From a virus (taxonomy: Duplodnaviria; Caudoviricetes): a DNA stretch of 50,526 nt. This document shows, piece after piece, positions 43,808-50,526 of this stretch. Within the stretch, counting starts at the first letter, position 1; every line of letters starts with the position of its first letter. The DNA is taken from positions 1 to 50,526 of IMG/VR virus record IMGVR_UViG_3300032290_001492. One strand, given 5' to 3'. A program made the position numbers and the translations under genes. The notes below the pieces were generated by a model, which had not been told where the DNA came from, did no database searches, and saw only the letters and a list, made by a program, of their open reading frames with translations.

Positions 43808-45936
43808 CCGCCTTCTACATCCCAAACCACAGCACCAGCGACCTGCGCCAGGCGGAGCTGGCCACGCTGCCCACGCTGTCGCAGAGGCCAACCTTTCCGT
43901 CAAAAGCCGAGTTCGCCAAGTGGTGCCATGACCGCTCGACCCAGCATGTGTTCTACACCTTGGCCGAGCCGCAGCAGCCTTCGCTGCGCTCGTCCGGGGC
44001 CAACCCGGTCAAGTTTTTGCACGGGGTCGTCGCCGACTACGACGGCGCCGCGGACCTGGTCCAGGGCGCGCTGCGCCGGTGGACCCCCGCGGAAGGCAAA
44101 GCGCCGAGCTGGGTCACCACGACCTTCTCCAAGAAGGCCCGGCTGATCTGGGCGTTTGAGCGGCCGGTCCCGGTGTTTACCGGCGAGATCCTGGCCAAGT
44201 TCATGGCCAACCTGGCGAAGACGTTGGCGGTGAAGGACGCGGCGCCTGGGCTCGATGAAACCGCCTGGAACAATCCGCACACCCCATACGAGCTCGGCAC
44301 CGACTGGCGCCAGCCGTGGGGGGACGTGACCCTGTCCCACTCGGTGGTCATGGCCGCGATCTACGAGGCCAGCGAGAAGGTCAAGTGGAGGGCTGATGAC
44401 CTCAAGATCCCGATCGAGGCGATCGCGGCCGAGGTGGAGCGCCGGTGGCCCGGCCGGTGGGTCGGCCCGTTTGCCGAGGGCGCCCGCGGCCCGCGGTTTT
44501 GGGCCGAGAGCGCCGACAATCCGACGGGCTGCACCATCCGGGCCTCCGGCGTGCAGGCGTGGACCGGGGAGGCGCGCTTTATGGCCTGGACCGAAATTCT
44601 GGGTGCCGAGTTCGTCCAGAAATACCGGGAGAACCGGATCGGCAGCGCCATCGCTGATATTTACTACGACGGAAAGGAGTTCTGGGAGCGGAGTCCGGAC
44701 GGCATTTGGGCCTCGTACCCGGCGCACCGCACCCAGCTCCGGCTGTCAAGCGAGCGCGGTCTGTCCTCGGAGGCTCGGCGGGGTCGGGTTTCCGAGACCG
44801 CGCAGGCCCTGGCCTGCATCGAGAACACCCAGCGGGTCGACGGGGCGTTCCCGTGTCTGTACATCCCGGACACGATCGTTCGAGATCAGCAGTGGCGGTA
44901 CTTGAACATCTCCCGGGTGGGCGTTTGCCCGGCGAGCGGGAAGGTCCGCGAGTGGGGGGAAGGGTTTCCCTGGCTGGCCCGCTACCTGGACGGGCTGTTC
45001 GACCGCCAGCAGCTCGATGTGCTCCTGTCATGGATATCGCACGCGTACGTCAACGCGGCCGCCGGCAAGCCGCGCAAGGGCCACGCGCTTTTCGTCTGCG
45101 GCCATGTGTCGGCCGGAAAGACGTTCCTGAGTCAGGTCGTGATCGGCGGGCTCTTGGGTGGCCACCAGGAGGCGACCTCGTACATCACCGGGTCGACCAC
45201 GTTCAATGAGCAGTTGTTCTTTTCGCCCGTCTGGACGATCGACGATGCCACGCTGGGGGCGGACCCCAAGCGGCACGCGCTCTACTCCTCCGCGGTCAAA
45301 AAGTTCGTGGCGAACCCGTACCAGGAGTTCCACCCGAAGTTCAAGAAGGCGGTCACTTTCAAGTACAACGGCCGGCTGGTGATCACGCTGAACCGCGACG
45401 CATCCTCGATCCAGATGCTGCCCCAGATGGAGGGGTCGATCCGGGACAAGCTTGTCATCCTGGCGGCGAACAAGGCCGAGACGGACTTCAAGGACGGTGA
45501 GGCGTCCGTCCGCAGCGAGCTGCCGGCGTTCGCCGACTTTGTATCCGGCTGGCCGATACCAAGCTGGCTGCGGTCCAAAGCAGACGAGGTCGTCCGATTC
45601 GGCCACGACTCCTGGCACCATCCGGAGATGCTCGAGATCGCGTCCGACGCATCGCCCTCGGCCGCGCTGCGGGAGACGATCGAGGCGTGGCGCGTCCACT
45701 ACTTCCGCTTCTCCGACGAGCCGTCCTGGTTCGGCTCCGCGAACGACCTGGTGACCGAGATCCAGAACACCGACATCTTGCGGGGCCAGCTCCCCCGGGT
45801 CGCCGACCTCCGCAATCACGTCAAACAGCACCTCTACCACTTATGCGAGCAACGGATCTGGTGGCTCTCGCCGCACCGCACCCAGTTCAAACGGGGCTTC
45901 AAGATCGCCCGCACCTCCGAGGAGGAACTCTCGTGA
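43804..45936 (+). CDS. Primase-helicase
   Basis: 710 aa from GTG 43804; VADYD and TFS..ARL primase-like motifs; Walker A GHVSAGKT, IDD, ITLN (SF3-like). Confidence 0.82.
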   Translation: MTAFYIPNHSTSDLRQAELATLPTLSQRPTFPSKAEFAKWCHDRSTQHVFYTLAEPQQPSLRSSGANPVKFLHGVVADYDGAADLVQGALRRWTPAEGKAPSWVTTTFSKKARLIWAFERPVPVFTGEILAKFMANLAKTLAVKDAAPGLDETAWNNPHTPYELGTDWRQPWGDVTLSHSVVMAAIYEASEKVKWRADDLKIPIEAIAAEVERRWPGRWVGPFAEGARGPRFWAESADNPTGCTIRASGVQAWTGEARFMAWTEILGAEFVQKYRENRIGSAIADIYYDGKEFWERSPDGIWASYPAHRTQLRLSSERGLSSEARRGRVSETAQALACIENTQRVDGAFPCLYIPDTIVRDQQWRYLNISRVGVCPASGKVREWGEGFPWLARYLDGLFDRQQLDVLLSWISHAYVNAAAGKPRKGHALFVCGHVSAGKTFLSQVVIGGLLGGHQEATSYITGSTTFNEQLFFSPVWTIDDATLGADPKRHALYSSAVKKFVANPYQEFHPKFKKAVTFKYNGRLVITLNRDASSIQMLPQMEGSIRDKLVILAANKAETDFKDGEASVRSELPAFADFVSGWPIPSWLRSKADEVVRFGHDSWHHPEMLEIASDASPSAALRETIEAWRVHYFRFSDEPSWFGSANDLVTEIQNTDILRGQLPRVADLRNHVKQHLYHLCEQRIWWLSPHRTQFKRGFKIARTSEEELS

Positions 45937-46238
45937 AGGAGTTCGCGGCAATGGTTCCGGTCGGCGGACGACTGGTGCGGATCCACTTTGACGCGGCCGA
46001 CGAGCGCGACGCGCTGAACGTGGCGGTGGCCTGCAACGGCGGCCTGGTGCCCGGGGACTTCGAGCCCCGGCGCGATCCGGTGGCGTACGATCTCGCCCAG
46101 GCCCAGCAGCTCCTGGGTGGGCTGTCCCGGGGGACGGTGTTCGCCTGGCTGGCCGCCGGCCGGCTCGAGCGTGTCCCCGGGACGCGCCGGGTGCTGATCA
46201 CGCGGTCATCGCTCGAACGAGCGGCGAGCCAAACGTGA
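45933..46238 (+). CDS. Excisionase-like HTH protein
   Basis: YDLAQAQQLLGGLSRGTVFAWLAAGRL...RRVLITRSSLE; convergent with integrase. Confidence 0.75.
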   Translation: MKEFAAMVPVGGRLVRIHFDAADERDALNVAVACNGGLVPGDFEPRRDPVAYDLAQAQQLLGGLSRGTVFAWLAAGRLERVPGTRRVLITRSSLERAASQT

Positions 46239-47397
46239 TCCTCTTTGCCGCCTCCAGGGAATGGCGGTTGCGGAGGTGTCTGTAGGTTTTAAGCAGCAGG
46301 GCGCCGCCGTCACAGTGCCCCAGCCAGTCCGACACGGTGGGGATGTCGATGCCCTCCTCGATGCACGCGGTCGCAAAGTAGTGGCGCAGGTCGTGGTGCC
46401 TCAGCCGCGGGAGGCCGAGCCGGTCGCACGCGCGCTGCAAGGCGTAAATGCTGTGACGGCAGCCGAGGATCGGGCCGGAGATCCTCCGGGTGCGGATCTG
46501 GTCGAGCAGGGCGCGCAGCGGCGGCAAGATCGGCACGACGCGCGACGAGGTCGCCGTCTTAGTGCCGCGCACGTGCAGCCAGTCGCCACGCACGTCGTCC
46601 CAGGTCGCGGCTCGGGCCTCGTTCACACGCAGCCCCGAGTAAGCGAGGAACCGGGCGTGCTCGGCGCTGTTGGCCGCGTGCAGGCTGAAATACCTCATGC
46701 GGTTGTCATCCAGCGACTCGGCGAATGGCACGCGGGCCATCTCGACGAAGATGCGTTCCATCGTGGCGTTCTCTGGGATCTCCGGCCGGCGCGTGTCGGC
46801 CGGGGCGTAAATAGACTGCCGGATCGCGCCACCCTGTTTGAAAGGATTCACCATGATCACGTTGTTGCGGACCCCGATCTCGAGCATCAGCCGAAGCGCG
46901 GTCAGAGATTGGTTCACGACTGCCGGCTTGTACCCCAGTTTGTCTGCACGCCCCGGTCTCGGCGCATGGTGCAGCAGGTGCTCCCGTAGCTGGGCAATCG
47001 ACTGACGGGTGACTAGGCGAGCCTGGGCCGAGTCGAAATCGCCGGTGAGCCAGTTCCGCCGGAGCCGCTCGATCCAAATGGAGTACGATCGTTTCGCCGC
47101 CGGCCCGCAGGAACTGGTCGCAACCTCGGCCTCCAGGGCCGCGGCGAGGGCTCCCAGGCTGCCCGAGCCAGGGATAATGGTGCCGCCCGTCTGGCGAGCG
47201 AACTCAACCTGCCCCGTCTGGCGCGCGTGGCGGAGCTTGGCCACCGACAAAGTCTCGGTGTTCAGCCGCCGGAATGTGCGCCTCCCGTTGAGAGAGAAGC
47301 GGCTATAGTACTGTCCGCCGCGTCGGCGGTAGAGTCCGGGAGTGCCGGTTCGCTCCCATTCGCGGGCGGGGGTGGTGGGTGTGGTAGGGACGTCCAT
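46198..47397 (-). CDS. int: Tyrosine integrase
   Basis: SGLRVNE, GTKT, HHDLRH, WLGH, KTY; arm-binding-like N-terminus; start 47397 preferred over 47439. Confidence 0.93.
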   Translation of the reverse strand: MDVPTTPTTPAREWERTGTPGLYRRRGGQYYSRFSLNGRRTFRRLNTETLSVAKLRHARQTGQVEFARQTGGTIIPGSGSLGALAAALEAEVATSSCGPAAKRSYSIWIERLRRNWLTGDFDSAQARLVTRQSIAQLREHLLHHAPRPGRADKLGYKPAVVNQSLTALRLMLEIGVRNNVIMVNPFKQGGAIRQSIYAPADTRRPEIPENATMERIFVEMARVPFAESLDDNRMRYFSLHAANSAEHARFLAYSGLRVNEARAATWDDVRGDWLHVRGTKTATSSRVVPILPPLRALLDQIRTRRISGPILGCRHSIYALQRACDRLGLPRLRHHDLRHYFATACIEEGIDIPTVSDWLGHCDGGALLLKTYRHLRNRHSLEAAKRITFGSPLVRAMTA

Positions 47398-47411
47398 TGG
47401 CGAATTGGAAC

Positions 47412-47586
47412 TGGTATCAAAAGTGGTATCAAGCCCCATTTCTCATAGGAGTACTGAAAGTAGGTGATGGACCGGAACAGACGTTCACGGACGTCCACCA
47501 GCAACTAAAATGGGGTCAGGCGACGAGGACTTGAGCACCCAAAACGACCGACGCGCAGGGCAAATGGTATCGCGGAGTGGTATCGC
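47412..47586. other. attP: four TGGTATC arm-type repeats around a tRNA-3'-end-like core (47514-47534)
   Basis: TGGTATC at 47412, 47424, 47565, 47578; minus strand core TCAAGT-CCTCG-TCGCCTG-A-CC. Confidence 0.7.
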
Positions 47587-47657
47587 CGAACGATTTCTCT
47601 AAATATGTATTGCAGTTATTCGGGAGGCCCCCATGCTGGTCGTCGTCCCTACCACAC

Positions 47658-48485
47658 ATGAACATCATCACCATCGATGACGTCCGTCGGCGCGCGCCGG
47701 CGGCTTTCACCAACAGTCCGGTCAGCTCGCTGACCGACTCCTACGCCCATGTGACCACGGCACATGTCCTGGACGCCCTCCAGCAGGACGGCTGGCAGAT
47801 CACCACCGCGGCCCAGCGCCGGGCCCGCACGGGCGTGACCGGAGAGCACGGCCGGCATGAGATCGGCCTGACCCACCCGGCCCTGCCGACCCACGCCGAG
47901 GGCGCCCCGGTGCTCCGGCTCTCCAACTCCTCGGACGGCAGCCACGCCTTCCGCCTGATCGGCGGGTTCCTGCGGTTCGCCTGCACGAACCAGCTCTACG
48001 CCGGCATCAAGTGCGTCGGCGGCGTGTTCCACCACCGCGGCGGCTCCCTGGAGGACCGCATCGTCGCCGGCGCCCGCGAGGCCCGCAACAACTTCGACCG
48101 GGTCATCTCCCGCGTCGACCTCTGGCGCCAGCTTGAGCTGTCCCCGGCCCAGCAGGCTGACTTCGTCGCCGCGGCGGTCGCCGCCCGCTGGCCGGGCGAC
48201 ACGCGCCCCCAGGTGTGTGAGAGCGAGATCCTGGCGCCCCGGCGCCAGGAGGACCTGGGCCGCAGCGTCTGGACCACCTTCAACCAGGCCCAGGAGGCCC
48301 TCATCCGCGGCGGGTTCGTCGGCAACTTCCGCGTCTACAACCCGGAGGGGCAGCTTGCCGGCTGGGAGCGCCGCCGGGTCCGCCGGATCACCGGCATCAC
48401 CGCGAACCAGCGCATCAACACCGCCCTCTGGTCCCACGCCGAGGAGGTCGCCGCGTCGATCACTGGCGCCGCCATCGCCGCATGA
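47658..48485 (+). CDS. DUF932/DUF945-family protein
   Basis: SYAHVTT..VL.AL..DGW, NSSDGS.AF.L.GG.LRF.C.N, PRR.ED...VW.TFN..QE.LIRGG. Confidence 0.85.
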   Translation: MNIITIDDVRRRAPAAFTNSPVSSLTDSYAHVTTAHVLDALQQDGWQITTAAQRRARTGVTGEHGRHEIGLTHPALPTHAEGAPVLRLSNSSDGSHAFRLIGGFLRFACTNQLYAGIKCVGGVFHHRGGSLEDRIVAGAREARNNFDRVISRVDLWRQLELSPAQQADFVAAAVAARWPGDTRPQVCESEILAPRRQEDLGRSVWTTFNQAQEALIRGGFVGNFRVYNPEGQLAGWERRRVRRITGITANQRINTALWSHAEEVAASITGAAIAA

Positions 48486-48658
48486 GCCCGCCGGGACGCC
48501 CTTTCAAGCAGCCTGAGCTCGGGCGTCGCGTTGCGATCACCGTCCGCGTCCCGGAGAGCGTCCGGGACGCCCTGGTCGAGCGGGCCCGGCGGGAGGGGCG
48601 ATCCCAGGCGGACGTCCTGATCGAGCTCATCTCCGCGGCGCCACGCCGCAAAAAGTGA
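48482..48658 (+). CDS. RHH protein (below ORF-track cutoff)
   Basis: GRP...RVAITVRVPESVRDALVERARREGRSQADVLIELI, 58 aa, ATGA overlap. Confidence 0.75.
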   Translation: MSPPGRPFKQPELGRRVAITVRVPESVRDALVERARREGRSQADVLIELISAAPRRKK

Positions 48659-48663
48659 CCGAG

Positions 48664-48689
48664 GGCCCCGGGAAACCGGGGCCTTTTTT
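48664..48689 (+). terminator. Rho-independent terminator
   Basis: GGCCCCGG-GAAA-CCGGGGCC-TTTTTT. Confidence 0.9.
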
Positions 48690-48818
48690 GTGCCCAGAGG
48701 GGCTCCAACCCTCATCTTCGCCGCACCCCCGGTTGGCCATTCTCCGGCTGTTGGAGCCGGAAGTCCGGTGGGCCGCTAGCGTCCTAGCAGGCGAAATGCT
48801 ATGCCTTGCACCATGGGC

Positions 48819-49337
48819 TTAGAGCTCATCCTCGCCGAAAAGTTCGGCCACCGCAAGTGCTAGCTCCTCGTCTGTCGGATTCCGAACGCCCCGGGCGCCC
48901 GGCGGCCTGGCGCGGAGGGTCATTCCGACGCGCTGGGCGCGAGATGTCGCCCCGGCCCCTGTCCTGACCCGTCCGAACTCGATTCGGGCTTTTAGAGGCG
49001 AAAGAACGCCGAACCCCGTGCGCCGGCGGACCGGGCGACCGGAGCTGGTGGCCACCTCCGGCTCGGGCGTCGGGGGCACCGGGATCTCGATGCCCTCGAG
49101 CAGCAGGCGCCCGCCGTCCTCCAGGAGGAGGTTGCTGCCGTCCTCCAGGAGCAGGCCCGGGTCTCCGAGGGTGAGCTCGGCGGACTCGAGCAAAAGCCGC
49201 TCACCGTCTTCGAGCAGCAGCAGGTTCCCGTCCTGGAGCCGGAGCCGCCCGGTCCAGGTGCCGACGGCCGACTCCAGCACCAGGAGCGAGCCATCCTGGA
49301 GTCGCAGGCGGCTGCCGTCCTGGAGCCGTAGGTACAC
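48819..49337 (-). CDS. Fibre-associated protein with LxL[QE]DG repeats
   Basis: 172 aa; three blocks of LxL[QE]DGxxLxL[QE]DGxxLxLE; last gene of the late operon. Confidence 0.7.
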   Translation of the reverse strand: MYLRLQDGSRLRLQDGSLLVLESAVGTWTGRLRLQDGNLLLLEDGERLLLESAELTLGDPGLLLEDGSNLLLEDGGRLLLEGIEIPVPPTPEPEVATSSGRPVRRRTGFGVLSPLKARIEFGRVRTGAGATSRAQRVGMTLRARPPGARGVRNPTDEELALAVAELFGEDEL

Positions 49338-49338
49338 G

Positions 49339-49695
49339 TCAGGTCAGGTAGGGATCCGGCGCGAGGATAACCGCAGGGTCGAGGCCAAGCTGCTGGCACA
49401 TCGCGATGATCGTGGGGTTCGTGCTCCAGAACCAAGAGAAGCCGCCCCAAAGGAACTGCTGCTCGGGGGTGAGGCTTGCGATCAGCGCCATCAGGTCGGC
49501 CACCTTGCCGGATTCAACTACCCGCGAGGTGATGGTGTCCTTGCTCACTCGGTACGGCGGAACGTAAGCAGTGGGGTCCCAGCCTCCAGCGCGCAAGGCG
49601 TTGAACTCCTCGATCGTGACCTGCTGCCAGCCGTCACCGGGCGGCATTGAGTTTCCGAAGTAACACTGGTTCGTCGTGAGATTTATGTAGGCCAT
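49339..49695 (-). CDS. Putative fibre chaperone/assembly protein
   Basis: 118 aa directly after the Gly-rich fibre tip. Confidence 0.55.
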   Translation of the reverse strand: MAYINLTTNQCYFGNSMPPGDGWQQVTIEEFNALRAGGWDPTAYVPPYRVSKDTITSRVVESGKVADLMALIASLTPEQQFLWGGFSWFWSTNPTIIAMCQQLGLDPAVILAPDPYLT

Positions 49696-49697
49696 TG

Positions 49698-50526
49698 TCA
49701 GAAATAGGTGATAAAGATTGCACGCCCAGCGCCGCCTGTTCCGCCAGTTCCGCCGGTATTGGTTGCGCCGATGCCGGAACCGCCACCACCGCCCCCGCCG
49801 GAAGGGAATCCGCCGGCTCCGCCAGCCAAACCATTACCAGCGGCCAACAATCGCCCCCCGCCGCTGCCGCCGCCGCCGCTGAAAGGGCAGGTGGTGCCTG
49901 CATTAGAGCCGGGGTTACCGGCGGCTCCAATGGCGGTTATCGCCCCGCCACCAGAAACGCCGGAGCCGTAATTTAAAGGGCCGGTGCCGCCACCAGCGGC
50001 GCCATTATGGCCTTGGGTAGTGCCTTGCCCCCCACCGGGTCCACCCCCGCCACCGCCCCAAACAGACCAAGCCCCGCTGAATGAGTTTTGGCTGGTCGGA
50101 TAGTTCCCGTTCCCGCCGCCGCCGCCCCATTCCGCGCGTATTCCAGAATTTCCGGCCCAGCCGGCCCCGCCTTGCCCAGAGATAGCGTTAATACCAACGC
50201 CGCCAGTTTGGGGTAGCCCGCCTACGCCGGACGCAGTGGTTGCCGTCCCGCCCTGTCCTGCGGTTCCGCCTCCGCCTCCTCCGGTCTCATTAGTTGAACT
50301 CACCGCTCCTCTGCCCCCGCCACCACCGCCGGCCATTAAAATGATACCGCTGGTTGGCGGGTTGGTGTTGTTTGTCGCAACGGTGGTGTTGCCGCCAGCT
50401 CCTCCCGTCGTCCCATTGGCCGCTCCGCTGGCGCCCGCACCACCCGCGCCGCTAGCTCCTACGATCACGTACAACGCCGAGGGAAGCTGATCGGCAAAAA
50501 ACGTCTGCTGATTGGCGGCGCCGCCA
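49698..50526 (-). CDS. Glycine-rich fibre C-terminal part (5'-truncated by window end)
   Basis: Frame open from 50525 (GGAANQQTFFADQLPSALYVIVG...) to stop at 49698; poly-Gly; lower GC. Confidence 0.8.
   Translation of the reverse strand, partial: GGAANQQTFFADQLPSALYVIVGASGAGGAGASGAANGTTGGAGGNTTVATNNTNPPTSGIILMAGGGGGGRGAVSSTNETGGGGGGTAGQGGTATTASGVGGLPQTGGVGINAISGQGGAGWAGNSGIRAEWGGGGGNGNYPTSQNSFSGAWSVWGGGGGGPGGGQGTTQGHNGAAGGGTGPLNYGSGVSGGGAITAIGAAGNPGSNAGTTCPFSGGGGSGGGRLLAAGNGLAGGAGGFPSGGGGGGGSGIGATNTGGTGGTGGAGRAIFITYF

Larger units (their letters stand above)
1..50526. mobile_element. Temperate tailed phage (podovirus-like), near-complete, non-integrated form
   Basis: TerL, portal, capsid, tubular tail and ejection genes, replication module, integrase with attP-like site inside the window; no host housekeeping genes; no tape measure, tail tube or sheath recognised. 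Confidence 0.93.

Noticed and set aside
36445-45840. Long minus-strand ORFs over the replication region (e.g. 40852-42885, 37095-38060)
   Set aside because: Shadows of clearly identifiable plus-strand genes
47511-47540. Complete tRNA gene
   Set aside because: Only a 3' fragment; no 5' T-stem strand, anticodon or D arm, so treated as att core
26960-50526. Diversity-generating retroelement acting on the two Gly-rich tips
   Set aside because: No reverse transcriptase and no near-identical template/variable repeat pair seen

Overview
The whole window reads as a near-complete, GC-rich temperate podovirus-like phage genome, apparently opened inside a tail-fibre gene: both window ends lie in open minus-strand fibre frames. 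The minus-strand late region (about 33960 down to 1, continuing 50526 down to 48819) encodes a putative TerS, a secreted lysozyme-like endolysin, a BppU/Gp80/rope-type fibre module, TerL, portal, scaffold, major capsid, tail tubular proteins, three ejection proteins and a second fibre module. The plus-strand early region (35019-46238) encodes ribbon-helix-helix (RHH) regulators, RuvC-like resolvase, SF2 helicase, Cas4-like nuclease, PolA, a PD-(D/E)XK endonuclease, dATP/dGTP diphosphohydrolase, primase-helicase and Xis. These are followed by a tyrosine integrase, an apparently intact attP with a tRNA-3'-end-like core, and a DUF932 + RHH operon. Most notable: (1) a 2456-aa ejection-type polyvalent protein with peptidase, ART, HhH-glycosylase-like and GNAT-like modules separated by a recurrent [LYF]RP[ED] motif, carrying an out-of-frame nested 84-aa gene (candidate immunity protein) right after the GNAT domain; (2) a conserved late-promoter box CCCGNYASCCCS-TTG; (3) a non-SD TCCCTACCA(C) motif at early start codons; (4) a divergent RHH/RHH switch; (5) a structured capsid mRNA leader. 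All family calls come from motif recognition by eye; no database searches were run.
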